Shown: positions 37,301 to 47,681, counted from the first letter of the stretch. The stretch: 64,000 nucleotides of DNA from Opitutia bacterium (GCA_050506795.1 JBJHCF010000001.1:224001-288000); one strand, 5' to 3'. Numbers and translations are program-made. The notes: generated by a model from the letters alone, not told the origin.

Positions 37301-39853
37301 GGCCTGGAACTGCCCGACGACATCACCATCCTGTGGGTCGATGACAACCATGGCTACATTCGTCAGCTTTCCAACGCGGAGGAGAGAGCTCGCTCGGGCG
37401 GCTCCGGCGTTTACTATCACCTCTCTTACTGGGGAGTGCCCCGCAGTTATCTTTGGTTCTGCACAACGCCGCCCGGCATGACGCGCTCAGAGATGATCAA
37501 GGCCTGGGACTTCGACGCTCGCCGCATGTGGATTGTAAACATCGGCGATATCAAGCCTCATGAAATAGGTACGGATTTCTTCCTGCGCATGGCGCGCGAT
37601 CCAGAGGCTTTCCGCGACTTCGATCAGCACGCCTATCTGGCGGAGTGGGCCGCGCGAAGCTTCGGGTCCGTTCACGCCGATGCCATTGCCACCGTCCTCG
37701 AGGAATATTATCGCCTCAATATCATTGTTCGCCCTGAACACCTCAACCATACGACCACCGGTTTCGACTTCGTTGGCAGAGAAGGTCGGGGCGACGAGGC
37801 CCAAACCCGCCTCGACGAGTTCACCGAGCTTGTCACCGCGGCCGACGCGATTTACGGGCAATTGTCCGCGGAAATGAGGCCCGCTTACTACGCCATGGTT
37901 CTTTTCCCTATCCGCGGCTCTTACCAGGTTAACAAGAAAGTTCTGCTTGCCGAGCGGAGTCGCCTCTGGGCCGAACAAGGCCGGAGTGCCACCTCCGCGC
38001 TGGCGGCTGAAGCTCATGCCGCCGATACCGCGCTCCGTGAGGAGACCGCGTTCTATAACCTCGTCAACGCGGAGGGAAAATGGAATTACATGATCAATCC
38101 CATGGCGATTTCGTTACTGCCCGGGTGGGCGAGGGAGACGCAATCTCCTTATATCATGCCATCCGTCGGCAACTATAGTCCGCCCGCCGCCGCCGGTTTG
38201 GGCGTTGTTGTCGAGGGGGCGGCCAGCCCGCTTTCCGAAGGTGTGGACGGTAAGTTGGCGGCCTTTAGCCGGATCAGCGACGAAGGCCGTTTCATCGACG
38301 TTTTTAATACCGGCTCTGAAAGCTTTTCCTGGGTTGCCACGGCGAGTGATGACTGGATTCTCCTCAGCCAGGCCTCCGGCACGGATGACGCCCGCCTAAG
38401 GGTGAACATCGATTGGACAAGGGTTCCGCGCGGATACGCCATTCCCGGCTCGATCACGATCGAGGCAGAAGGCTCCAGTCACACCGTCAAGGTCGAAGTC
38501 TTCAACCCGCTGGGCCTCGACGTTGCCTCCTTACACGCCGCGGTGGAGGACAACGGTCGCGTCGTCATTGGAGCCGCGGATTACACCGCCCGGCACGACA
38601 ACGCCGCCGGCGTGGGGTGGCGAACGGTCTCGGGCGCCACGATCGGCGGAAACGGAATGACGATCGAGCCAGTCACTGCAGACAGTATTGATCCGGCTTC
38701 CCTATACTCCGACACGCCATCTCTGACGTATGAGTTTCATTCTTTTACGAGTGGTTCGGTCCAGGTCAGGGTCAAGTGTCTTCCGACCCATCGCATCACT
38801 TCCGATCACGGGGGCGTGCGTTACGCTGTGTCGATCAACGGGGACACACCGCAGGTCCTCGATCTCCACGCCAACGAATACACGGCGGCGTGGAACGCCA
38901 ATGTTCTTCGCGCCTACTCGGAAGGCATCTCCTATCACACGATTGCCGAGCCGGGCCGCCAGACGATCGAAATCCAGATGATCGACCCGGGCGTCGTACT
39001 CGACCGGATTTTCATTCAGGTCAATCCCGGGGGCTATGAGGCGGAGCACCTGGTTCGAACCGGCGTCGGCTCCCACCGCACATTCAACGAAGGGACTGCG
39101 AGTGGCGGCGTTGCCGTTTCCCTGGATGCCACCGCCATTGGCCAATACATCATGTTCGAGCTTCCGAGCGTTGCAGCCGGCCCTCTTGACCTTCTGGTTC
39201 GCGCTAAACCAGGCCCGAACCGGGGTATTGTTCAAGTTTCGATCGCCGACTCGGAAGGGGGCCCCTTTACCCCGCTCGGCGACCCGGTTGATCTCTATGC
39301 CTCCTCGTTGGCCTATGGCGACCTCGATCCTATACCGCTCGACCTGGCCACTGGCGGTGCTAAATATCTGAGGTTCGACGTCGTTGGGCGGAACGCCTCT
39401 TCCTCCGACTACTGGGTTGTGCTGGACCGGTTTGACCTCCCGGCCGCGGACACCGTCTTCGAGCCTTTGCAGGCATGGCGGAGAATTTTCTTCGGCACGG
39501 TTGAGAACAGCGGAGAGGCCGCTGACGGTGCTGATCCGGCCGGCGACGGCATTCCGAACCTTCTGCAATACGCCACAGGCGGCATTCCCACGGCGAATAC
39601 CCTTCCCCGATGGAGGGCCGATCTGAGCGAACGTCACCTGACGCTCACTTTCCCGTGGCTGAGAGACGCCACCGATATTACTTACCGAGTTCTTGCCGGC
39701 AATCGCCTCGACGACATGATCGAGATTTGGGCAAGCTCCGATGAAGCCTACCCGGGCGGTTCGGCGGATAGCGTCCTAAAGACCGTCACCGATCCCGAAT
39801 CGATAGACGATCAGCCGTCACGCTTCATGAAGTTGCAGGTGACAAGGCCTTGA
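34355..39853 (+). CDS. Large secreted GH115-family (alpha-glucuronidase-like) multidomain protein
   Basis: GSDRRGTAFG, GVSPWYWW, YRGIFLNDEDWG, TSHHEPM, DDNHGYIR, GVYYHLSY, NIGDIKPHE, DPGVVLDRI. N-terminal autotransporter-associated repeats and a C-terminal CBM-like domain plus tail. Start may be 34289 or 34308. Confidence 0.9.
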   Translation: MKQPAYLWRRIKAAGFSGRRPGKTCLALFLFLAVSLSVSAQHVTLLNNDGFGTSSFNSTGHWSDGLAPGPGKSYFTGNRLLRSPTTAGSFTFGGDSLTIDPGGRLIGKISDGVQTLTIGQLILNGGTLDEAGTNADTGKLIVAGAIEVTAPSFLGALGAPANNSEFFETLEITAPISGSAALTVAGSSNAGTNTGVVVLSAANPYSGTITVATPGNGFIASATHRLLQLNHREALRHANLNLASSANGVSFAADANTGPFHIGGLSGSSSQRLADTGDGPVTLEVGGNDLDTTFTGALHGPGRLVKTGAGTLTLTGANTFESDLSIQSGTLALGGGSLEVPSITLSTEGTLDVSSSAAPTLKGMRLGGEGEIKGSLTLGDAAELHFGGDDHSGSLSFRDDLTLAAGATVHLDFADAAGPDHEFFAVGGTLSLDQTSFHLQGGEGLTELDPSVSYLLATADSVTGRPNSDATWVGVPPANAADFRIVAIGDEVRLQTGGTPLYAAAAAVPTSATPGQQILLTVEVTPATEPDSTDIIVVADLSPIGGSSAQEFHSDGTHGDNVDGDYRFSFLATLDADISLGPIELIILASDAEERSVSTSLTFSVVPAVTEKYMAAPFLEVSEIALPGWFSVAASDQAASIHYDADDAAVVRIAAEALRDDIERVTGFISDVSTGAPVAGSQPILVGTLGQSSLIDDLVANEKLDVSLIEGEWEAYTAAVITDPLPGIERALVIAGSDRRGTAFGVFGLSEAMGVSPWYWWGDVPTPQKAAVHVESGVYVQPTPGVQYRGIFLNDEDWGLQPWAANTFEPEIGSIGPGTYATIFELLLRLHANVIWPAMHEWPVQTTPFYLIPENKVVADDYAIVISTSHHEPMLRNSHEYDESVLGPYNYWTNRTNIYNFWEERVIETAGYENIYTVGMRGRTDAGMLAPPGTTDAEKAEKIQNEIIPDQRQMLADHVNPDPSQVPQIFIPYKETLVQYQSGLELPDDITILWVDDNHGYIRQLSNAEERARSGGSGVYYHLSYWGVPRSYLWFCTTPPGMTRSEMIKAWDFDARRMWIVNIGDIKPHEIGTDFFLRMARDPEAFRDFDQHAYLAEWAARSFGSVHADAIATVLEEYYRLNIIVRPEHLNHTTTGFDFVGREGRGDEAQTRLDEFTELVTAADAIYGQLSAEMRPAYYAMVLFPIRGSYQVNKKVLLAERSRLWAEQGRSATSALAAEAHAADTALREETAFYNLVNAEGKWNYMINPMAISLLPGWARETQSPYIMPSVGNYSPPAAAGLGVVVEGAASPLSEGVDGKLAAFSRISDEGRFIDVFNTGSESFSWVATASDDWILLSQASGTDDARLRVNIDWTRVPRGYAIPGSITIEAEGSSHTVKVEVFNPLGLDVASLHAAVEDNGRVVIGAADYTARHDNAAGVGWRTVSGATIGGNGMTIEPVTADSIDPASLYSDTPSLTYEFHSFTSGSVQVRVKCLPTHRITSDHGGVRYAVSINGDTPQVLDLHANEYTAAWNANVLRAYSEGISYHTIAEPGRQTIEIQMIDPGVVLDRIFIQVNPGGYEAEHLVRTGVGSHRTFNEGTASGGVAVSLDATAIGQYIMFELPSVAAGPLDLLVRAKPGPNRGIVQVSIADSEGGPFTPLGDPVDLYASSLAYGDLDPIPLDLATGGAKYLRFDVVGRNASSSDYWVVLDRFDLPAADTVFEPLQAWRRIFFGTVENSGEAADGADPAGDGIPNLLQYATGGIPTANTLPRWRADLSERHLTLTFPWLRDATDITYRVLAGNRLDDMIEIWASSDEAYPGGSADSVLKTVTDPESIDDQPSRFMKLQVTRP

Positions 39854-39878
39854 CGACGTTTGGCGCAAGGGTTGCGGG

Positions 39879-40865
39879 TCAGACTTTTCCCTCCTGCCAG
39901 GAAGGTTCCACCAAAATCATCCGTGGATGGGTCGGAATGCCTGTAGTGTTTCTACTGATCAAATCGATCAGGCGTCCGGCGGTTTCGACTCCCACTTCCC
40001 AGGTCGGTTCCTTGACCCCGGTAACGTCCGAGTAGTGTTCAACACTGAGGCTCACAAAATTGAAGTCGGTCTTATCGTGAAGACCGGCGTCTTGCAGCCA
40101 ACTTCGCACGAGGTTGGTTCCCAAAACGGTGCATTGGGGATTCCGCTCAACCCATTCAACCGCACGCCTCGGGCTCTCCAGGATGAAAGGCGCTCGAAGG
40201 CTCCGGTTTCGCAGGCGCTTCTGGAGATAACTCGCTACCCAGAGGTGGTTGGTCTTTCGGTCATGCAGTGCCGGGAGGATCAGACGAACCGGATGCCGGA
40301 GGGTTTGCTTGATAAATGCCAGGGCCAGACGGGTCGAAGTGTAGTAATTGACGCTGACTCGATCCAGCGGGGAATCCGGGAAGGGATGGCCGAGCATGAC
40401 GGCGGAAAGCCGGTCCCAGGGTAACGTTGGCAAAGGACCTTCGCCTCTTTGCGGCCCCACGATGACGCCGGGAATACGCCGGGCCCAAAGGATCTTCTCC
40501 AGTCGGGACTCGGTAAGCTGAGGGTCTCCGACCCAGAGCTGTTCAAGATGGTAACCGCGCCGGGCCGCATGATGAGCGGCACCGGCATAATAGGTGTGAA
40601 AGAGGGTGCCGGGTGGTCCGGGCGAGGGATCCGGTCCCGAAATCAAATAAAGCAGGCCGGTACGTTGAGGCGGGTTCTTCGAATCGCGAAGGTGCGACAT
40701 CAGCGAGGAAATGAGGGCGTTGGGACGGTAGCCAAGTTCCTGTGCGACTTCCTGAATTCGCTTCCGGCGGGAAGTGGAAATCCGGGGATCATCTCGCAAG
40801 GCGAGCGAAACGGTCGAGCGGCTGACGCCCAGGTGATCGGCAATACTTTGAAGTGTAACCGGCAT
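39879..40865 (-). CDS. LacI-family transcriptional regulator
   Basis: TLQSIADHLGVSRSTVSLAL, GYRPNALISSLM. Confidence 0.92.
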   Translation of the reverse strand: MPVTLQSIADHLGVSRSTVSLALRDDPRISTSRRKRIQEVAQELGYRPNALISSLMSHLRDSKNPPQRTGLLYLISGPDPSPGPPGTLFHTYYAGAAHHAARRGYHLEQLWVGDPQLTESRLEKILWARRIPGVIVGPQRGEGPLPTLPWDRLSAVMLGHPFPDSPLDRVSVNYYTSTRLALAFIKQTLRHPVRLILPALHDRKTNHLWVASYLQKRLRNRSLRAPFILESPRRAVEWVERNPQCTVLGTNLVRSWLQDAGLHDKTDFNFVSLSVEHYSDVTGVKEPTWEVGVETAGRLIDLISRNTTGIPTHPRMILVEPSWQEGKV

Positions 40866-41116
40866 TAATGCTGAAAGGAGTTCAACGGGTTGAATCAAGA
40901 AAAGTTCGAAGCTGGAATCATCGCAAGCCATAAAAAAGCTTAAACGAAACTTCCGTGTCGGCCGGAGATGGCTGCCCACCTCCTCAATGATAGGAGAACG
41001 TGCCCCATGTTTTTCACGGCGGCACTTCCATGAAGGATAGGCATATTAAACCGATTATTGCATTAGGAATGCCCTTACCAGGATCCCAACGAACATCAAA
41101 CACAAGAAGATAAAAA

Positions 41117-41989
41117 ATGACAAATCGAACGATACTATACCTCACAGCCGGCGCATTTGCGTTCGGTTCATTTCTGCTCATTGACGCGCAAGCCCAGCAA
41201 AGGAATGTCGGCGTTCAGGCCGGCATGGTTTACTTGTGGCAAGACTTCAATGAAGGTGAAACGGTTATCGGAAACAATAACTGGCTGGCCTTCGAAGGAA
41301 GTGATGATTCCGTCGTGAATGTGCATGGCCCCAGCGGAGACTGGGCCGGCGGCAAGATGGCTCAGCTGAACAACGTCTCCGACCCTTGGCGCAGCGCGAT
41401 TCCGCGCCGTGAGCCTCTGCCTGGAGATACGGGTACTCCTTGGCTGAGCAATTCGTTTACCGTGACTATGTATTCAGGAGGCTCGGGGGTAGCTACGACT
41501 CGTGCATTCCCTCTCCTGGCTGATCCATCAGGCTTCGCGGACATCCCCTTCCTTTTCGGGATCGAAAACTCGGCGTGGAACCTTCGCAACCCGGACCCGG
41601 GTGGAAGCCGCATATCGGGGGAGAGCAATATTAATCCCAATTCCTTCTATAATGTGACGCTGGGTTGGACCGATGAAGTCAATGGCGAGCGTGACATAAA
41701 AATGTGGGCTTACGATCATACCGCCCAACAGGATCTTGGGGTGGTCCTCGAAGCTACTGTGTCAGCGGCCTTCTTCGGTCCTGATTCATCGGAATGGGTC
41801 GGATTTGGATTTCGCAGCCAAACACCGGATCAGGACAGCAGTCTTACAAGCAGCGGAGTTGCCGAATTCGGCGTGGCGGCTATCCCGGAACCCGGCACCT
41901 ATGCTCTTTGGGGAGGCGCAATGGCACTGCTTTCGGTAGCATTCCTGCGTTATCGTCGCCAGCAGTTGCAGGCATCTGTCGGGCGATGA
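41117..41989 (+). CDS. PEP-CTERM sorting-domain protein
   Basis: Signal peptide; C-terminal AIPEPGTYAL, TM segment and RYRR. Confidence 0.9.
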   Translation: MTNRTILYLTAGAFAFGSFLLIDAQAQQRNVGVQAGMVYLWQDFNEGETVIGNNNWLAFEGSDDSVVNVHGPSGDWAGGKMAQLNNVSDPWRSAIPRREPLPGDTGTPWLSNSFTVTMYSGGSGVATTRAFPLLADPSGFADIPFLFGIENSAWNLRNPDPGGSRISGESNINPNSFYNVTLGWTDEVNGERDIKMWAYDHTAQQDLGVVLEATVSAAFFGPDSSEWVGFGFRSQTPDQDSSLTSSGVAEFGVAAIPEPGTYALWGGAMALLSVAFLRYRRQQLQASVGR

Positions 41990-42026
41990 TAAATTGAGAT
42001 TCGAGTCCGAGGACGGAAAGTCGCCC

Positions 42027-42065
42027 AAAAATCCGCCGCTCCCTCGGAGTCGGCGGATTTTTTTT
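42027..42065 (+). terminator. Intrinsic terminator (possibly bidirectional)
   Basis: aaaaATCCGCCG...CGGCGGATtttttttt between convergent genes. Confidence 0.8.
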
Positions 42066-42194
42066 CCGAAAACGCAAAGACGTCAGGTAACATGAACGGA
42101 AAAAGCCTCGAACTTGGGCTGAATTAGGGCGGTAAAACAACCTGACGCCCAACCAAAGGATTCTTCCAGCGGCATTATATCAGTTAATTATGGG

Positions 42195-43667
42195 TCAGTC
42201 TTCCGTTTTTAAATCATTCTGAATCACAACCGCCCAGTGGCCTGAATCCGGAGCCTGTAATAAAACACTTCCACCCCCTTCGGCATATTGAGCTTCCAGC
42301 CATGTGCCGGAGTTGATGTCGAGCCAGCGAAGTTCCAAAGAATCATGTATAGATGAAACATTCAAGGTGACCTCTCCACCATTAGGAAAGTAAACAGCAT
42401 ATTGCTGTCCCCGGTTTGCCAGGGCATAAGCTTCGTTATCCGAACGATCCGACAGCAGATCGTTATCTGGTTGGGAGGCGAAAAGATCAAATGAATCAGC
42501 CAGAATTCTCGCACTGCGAATCGTAGATTGAGCCCGGGGCCCCAAACCTAATCCCCAACTTGTAGAAACCTCATGAGCACCCGCATCATCCCGAAAAGCC
42601 GGCCGATGGAATCTGGCACTGGATCCACCAGCAAAAACAATACGAAACAAACGGGCTACAGATTCTTCATCACCATCCCTGTTATAAATTTTCACATTGT
42701 TGATTGGACGCGGAGCCTCGCTGATGTAATTCCTTACGTAGAGCATCTGGTTATAGTGATGCTGACCGGTCATCCAGTTGTTCTGGGAAACGTCGAGAAA
42801 TTTGAACCGTTCAGCATTGTCGTAAGTATGATAATGATCGGATGCCGTAAGATCCGCATTTCGACGCATGTCGGTAACATACACAGTTCTTCCGGCATCT
42901 TCAGCTTTCTGATGAATGTAGTCGGCCCAGTAGTCACCAAAAGCTAACTCTTCTCCTGTTTCGTTCTGTATGCTGTAAATGACGTTCGGAAATTCCAGCG
43001 CAATGGAGAGTAACTGATCAACGAAAGCTTGTTGATAACCTAAAACAAGCTGATTATTATGGAGGGCCGGAACAGTATAATAGAAAGTATGGTCACTTGG
43101 AGAACCGCCAGGGGCGTAATCTGCAGCAGTTGGCAATCCTGATTCGACATCGGTGTAGTTAACGTTGTTGACCGGGTTAAAAGGGTTTTCTGACCATCCT
43201 CCCTGTGCTTCATGATCTTCAAAAATATCCCAGGGATCAAAAACTTCAATTTGTACAATGATGTCCCGATCACGTGTCATTGTCAGAAAGTTTTCAAAAC
43301 GTTGCCAATACTCTTCATTAAACTGGTCCAGATCGAATTTCCCATCCGTCTGAGTGTAGGCAAACACATTGCCCGTGTTGCGATGGCTCATTGTATTGCG
43401 TACATAATTCCCGCCATTTTCAATCAGGAGGTCCAGATGTCGTTCAAGTCCCACAGGGTGATTGAAGAGGTTATCCTGCCAGGTGCCGCCCAGCAATAAC
43501 AAAGACTCTCCCTTGTATTGCCAATAGTACGGATTGTTAGAGTAGGGGCGAATGTTATCGTTGGAGTGACCATCTGTGTCGGTGCGTCCTGTAGATTTAC
43601 AGGATATAGCAATTAAGGCAACGGCTATTATTAGCAATATTTCTGTATTAAAATTATTCGGTTTCAT
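42195..43667 (-). CDS. Putative lipoprotein glycoside hydrolase-like protein with a C-terminal putative collagen-binding-type beta domain
   Basis: Lipobox-like AISC, barrel-like core (YSIQNE), C-terminal YAVYFPNGG...LRWLDINSG...HWAVVI. AT-richer codon usage than the flanks. Confidence 0.6.
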   Translation of the reverse strand: MKPNNFNTEILLIIAVALIAISCKSTGRTDTDGHSNDNIRPYSNNPYYWQYKGESLLLLGGTWQDNLFNHPVGLERHLDLLIENGGNYVRNTMSHRNTGNVFAYTQTDGKFDLDQFNEEYWQRFENFLTMTRDRDIIVQIEVFDPWDIFEDHEAQGGWSENPFNPVNNVNYTDVESGLPTAADYAPGGSPSDHTFYYTVPALHNNQLVLGYQQAFVDQLLSIALEFPNVIYSIQNETGEELAFGDYWADYIHQKAEDAGRTVYVTDMRRNADLTASDHYHTYDNAERFKFLDVSQNNWMTGQHHYNQMLYVRNYISEAPRPINNVKIYNRDGDEESVARLFRIVFAGGSSARFHRPAFRDDAGAHEVSTSWGLGLGPRAQSTIRSARILADSFDLFASQPDNDLLSDRSDNEAYALANRGQQYAVYFPNGGEVTLNVSSIHDSLELRWLDINSGTWLEAQYAEGGGSVLLQAPDSGHWAVVIQNDLKTED

Positions 43668-43697
43668 TGCTGTAAATTTTTCTGTTTTCTTAAACTA

Positions 43698-45112
43698 TTA
43701 ATTACTTATTGGCTGCACATGAATAATCATGCGGCGATAAGCATATAAATTGGGAATGCCGTTGTCATGAATCTCTAGTATTAAATGGAGATTTTTTCCA
43801 GCAGCATTCGGTGGGATGGCCACTTGAGCAGTCTGCAATGAACGGGTTTCGATCGTTACGCTTCCTTTATAGGAGCTGGGTTCCTCGTAAAAGAACCAGG
43901 AATAAAATATTTCATCCCCATCAGGATCGCTGGATCCGCCGGCACTTAGTTCAATGATAGCACCGGGGACCGTTGTGATGTTTAACACCTCACGACTCTT
44001 ATCGCCATTTAGTACTGCTACCGGGTGGTGGTTGGCATCTTCATACTTGCCGGTCACGCTCCAACCCATGCGCGCCTCAAAATCGTTGTCATAGCCCTTG
44101 TTCCAGCGCTTGATCGCCCTGGCTCCTTCCGGAGTGTTCCCATGCATGTAGTAGGGATCGAACTGGGGTTCCGCGTTCTCGTTAATCTTGTGGACCTCCG
44201 ACATGCTGCGAATACCGGCCCTCTTCTCAAAACTGAACCTGCCGCCCCAACCGCCCTGGTCGATCTTCTCGGGATCGTTCAGTCCGTTCGGATAGACATG
44301 CATGAAAGCCGGGGTATCACCTTCCGTTTCCCATATCGTGTCCGGATACAGGGCGCCCAACGGGCCAAGGCCTGGATCCTTTTCTGGTATTCACCATTTT
44401 TCGGAGGCTGCCAGCCATAGACTCCCGTTGCGCGGATGTAGAACAGATCAGGGAAGTTTTTTGCCATCCAGGCTCCGGTGTCGTCCTGACCGAGAATGTC
44501 AAACACCCGCACCTTGTTGAGGAATGCGGCGAACTCCTCGTTGGAGCGCGTTCCCCTGACCTTCCAGATGGCCTGGGCCAGAGTGTTGCCTCCGCCCCAG
44601 AATTGAACCCACACGGGCCGCGGATCGTCCTTGTCCACAGAAGCGATGATGAGGTCCGACCCCGCGGAATCCTTGCCGTCGCCCACGTCGCTCATTCCAT
44701 AACCGGACTGGCCGAGGACGGAAATCGACCTCAGGTAGTCGAGCGAAGGATACCCCTCTGAATGCACCTGAAGATTTGGTAGCACTTGACCGTAGGCATC
44801 CACTATCTTGTCGAGCATGGCCGTGTTGCTCTGGTTCTTCCTCCAGCAACTGGTCGAAACAATCAGGCCCTCGATGTCAAAATCGTTGGCAGAAACCAAC
44901 AGGCGGATCAGGGATTGTATATCGTCGGGGTCAGCACCGAGGTCGGTGGTAACAATGATGCGTGGTTTGTACAGTGCATTCGAATTCACCGCTTCAGGCT
45001 CTCTCGAAACTGCGTGGGGAATGTCGAGAACCGCTACAAAGGCAGCGGCAATAAGCACAATGAGGAATTTTTGTCGGTTCAGTTGCATTTTCTTGCTGTT
45101 TTCTTGGTTCAT
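43698..45112 (-). pseudogene. DUF1593 / nucleoside-hydrolase-like protein split by a frameshift near 44365-44375
   Basis: The 5' ORF has TTDLGADPDDIQSL and WGGGNTLAQA; the 3' ORF continues GPLGALYP, EGDTPAF, GGWGGRF, NHHP, SSDPDGD in a different frame. Confidence 0.75.
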
Positions 45113-45423
45113 TTTCAGGCTCTTGTATTTCTATCTTATCGTCTGGTTTTTACTTGGGTTGTTATACGATCCAGTAGATAACCTATACAAAAGCTGCTAT
45201 TATGCAGGGAAACCACTTTGCAGGGGTGTCGGCAGTGGTGGCGCGAAATTCCGTTGGAAGCGGGAGCACTGCGGGTTTGTTACAAATGGCAGAAGAAGTA
45301 GCTTAAATCATGTTTTCTCGATGGAATAAGTCTATTTCCAAGCTTGGCACATTGTTGTATTTCAGCTGAATTCGTCAAAACTCACGCAGGCAGAATGGGA
45401 CTCGGTTAAGATACAGTGGCGGG

Positions 45424-45560
45424 AATATTACCACTTGGTGTCGGAAACACCGGAAGGCAATTTTTCGCGTTTCATGCAGAAGCTGAGCACGGCTTACACG
45501 GTCTATTATAACCTGCGTCACCAGCGGAACGGGCATCTCTTGGCCGGTCGATTCAAGGCA
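45424..45560 (+). mobile_element. Fragment of a Y1 (IS200-like/REP-associated) tyrosine transposase
   Basis: YYHLVSETPEGNFSRFMQKLSTAYTVYYNLRHQRNGHLLAGRFKA matches the central part of this family; both ends are missing. Confidence 0.7.
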
Positions 45561-45887
45561 ACGTTGTTACCGGTTGCAGCCGGGAGCGCTCATATGTTCG
45601 ATGCGCCGGATGAGAGGCAGCCGATTATAGTGGACGAGAACGGAGTTCACATAGCGACTGCAAATCTGGAATCCTCTATAATCCTGACCGTCGTCATCGA
45701 CCAAACCGCCGATGGAGGGTTACAATCCAGCACTATTTCATCTGCGAAACACCATCCGTGAAATCAAATAAGACCAACTTAATCCGGGGCGGCCGGATGC
45801 TAAGGCGATGGATTCGGCGTGCGCCGTTTTTTGATTACATCGGCGTTTTTTCTTGTCAGCTTAATCATATATAAATACCCGCCATTC

Positions 45888-47681
45888 ATGACTCAATTTG
45901 TCCCTTCTCCATTGGGTCGCGCCTCCCGGGTCTCTGTCGTCGGCTTGGCGGCGGTATTACTGGGCGCGAGTGGTTGTAACTCGTTTCGGTGCTCGGGGAC
46001 CGGATCCGGCGAAACGGATTCGGGTTGGTGGTGGCCTGTGCAGGAGGCGCCTGCACGGTTGGCAGCGATTCCGATCGGAGCCCTGGAGGAACTCAATACG
46101 GCGGACGGGCTGCCCCACGCCGAAATTGGCACCGGCGGCCCCTATCATACGCTCGTGCAGTCTCTGGCGGGATTGGCGGCGCAGGGGGTGAACGAGGGAC
46201 GATTCGATGAAATGGTGTGGATCGACTACGGGTCCGCCTCCAATTCAGAGTGGCGGCGTCGGATCGTGAGCCGGCTTGACCTTGAGGTCTGGGAGATTCC
46301 GGGAGTCTGGGACCTGGTGAGCGAATACCACGAGGCCGGTGTGCTGGACGGATACATTCTTTATCGCTGGGAACCGGTGCCCCGCTCGCAACGCGGCTAC
46401 GGCGAGGACGGGGACCAGTCGGTGAATGCGGCCACTATGCTGGCAGGTCTTCATCGGGGAATTCTGGTTGAGGAGAGCATGGAGGACAGGGCGCGAGACC
46501 TCGGTCTGGAGAGGCTGGCCGACGCACGCGACTTGTCACCGGCAGAAGTCTTTGAGCAATCGAAAGGGGATCTGAGCGATCGTTGGGTGCTGCTGCAGTC
46601 GCCCTGTTTTTCCTTTGTGCGGGATTTTGCGATCGCTCACCGAATGCCGGTCGTTTTCGGGACTGGTGAGTACACGGATTCGGTCTACGCCTGGATGCCG
46701 CCCGGCGGTCTGGTGATCGGTTGGAATAACGCGCCCGAGGACGTATCCGTCATTCAGTTGTCCCGCTACGGTCACACGTTGATTCCCTCCGATTGGTCCA
46801 CCAACATGACGGCGCTTTCCGCCGGCGCGATGATGCGCGACTCGCAGCCGAAGTTCGCGCGTCCGGCGCCGGCCGCGCCGGCAACGCAAGCCGCCGGCGA
46901 ACGCCCGCGGATGGGGTTGTTTATGAGCGACGGCGACAACCTGCAATGGCTCCTGACGAACTTCACCCATCACCCGTCGTTCTGGGCCAACCCGCGCCGG
47001 GGGGCGTTCCCGATGGGGTGGGGGCTTCCCGTGGCCGACCTGATCCAGACCGCGCCGGACGTGCACGATTACCTTGTCGAGACGCAGTCGGACCAGGACA
47101 CGGTTCTGGTGCACCTGGGGTACTATTATCCGGATTTGCTTGGATCGGAGCTTTCGGCGGAGGGGAGAGAGCGGACGCTTCGCCTTATGGGACAGCGGAT
47201 CGAGAGGACCTTGCGGGACAGCGGCGCGCGTCTGCTCACGTTTCTCGTTCACGACCTGGAGGCGCCGGAAGCGATCGAGGCCTACCGTATATTTGCCGAA
47301 AACAGCCCTTCGCTGGAAGGCATGTTCGCGATCCAGTATCACCCTTACGAAGGCGGGGAGGGCAGGACCTATTCGGTGACGACGGACGACGGGCGCGAGG
47401 TCCCCGTTTTCACGGCGCGTTACGCGCTCTGGGCCGATACGTCGGGACGCCCCCTGGCGGGGGATCTTGAAAGCCTGGCGGGAATCATACGCAACGACCT
47501 CGATTCGAATCCCGAGGAGGTGGATATGAGCTGGGTAATCCTGCACGCCTGGTCTAATTTCGAAAGCGGCGACGGGGGGATGCACAACGGAATGACGCCG
47601 GCGTACGACCTGTTTCGCGAACTCGAAGACCGGGTGGATTTTATATCCCTCGAACAGTGGATCGAGCACGGTCGGGAATGA
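45888..47681 (+). CDS. GxGYxYP-domain putative glycoside hydrolase (lipoprotein)
   Basis: Lipobox-like ASGC, FMSDGDNLQW, LGYYYP, LHAWS. Confidence 0.7.
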   Translation: MTQFVPSPLGRASRVSVVGLAAVLLGASGCNSFRCSGTGSGETDSGWWWPVQEAPARLAAIPIGALEELNTADGLPHAEIGTGGPYHTLVQSLAGLAAQGVNEGRFDEMVWIDYGSASNSEWRRRIVSRLDLEVWEIPGVWDLVSEYHEAGVLDGYILYRWEPVPRSQRGYGEDGDQSVNAATMLAGLHRGILVEESMEDRARDLGLERLADARDLSPAEVFEQSKGDLSDRWVLLQSPCFSFVRDFAIAHRMPVVFGTGEYTDSVYAWMPPGGLVIGWNNAPEDVSVIQLSRYGHTLIPSDWSTNMTALSAGAMMRDSQPKFARPAPAAPATQAAGERPRMGLFMSDGDNLQWLLTNFTHHPSFWANPRRGAFPMGWGLPVADLIQTAPDVHDYLVETQSDQDTVLVHLGYYYPDLLGSELSAEGRERTLRLMGQRIERTLRDSGARLLTFLVHDLEAPEAIEAYRIFAENSPSLEGMFAIQYHPYEGGEGRTYSVTTDDGREVPVFTARYALWADTSGRPLAGDLESLAGIIRNDLDSNPEEVDMSWVILHAWSNFESGDGGMHNGMTPAYDLFRELEDRVDFISLEQWIEHGRE

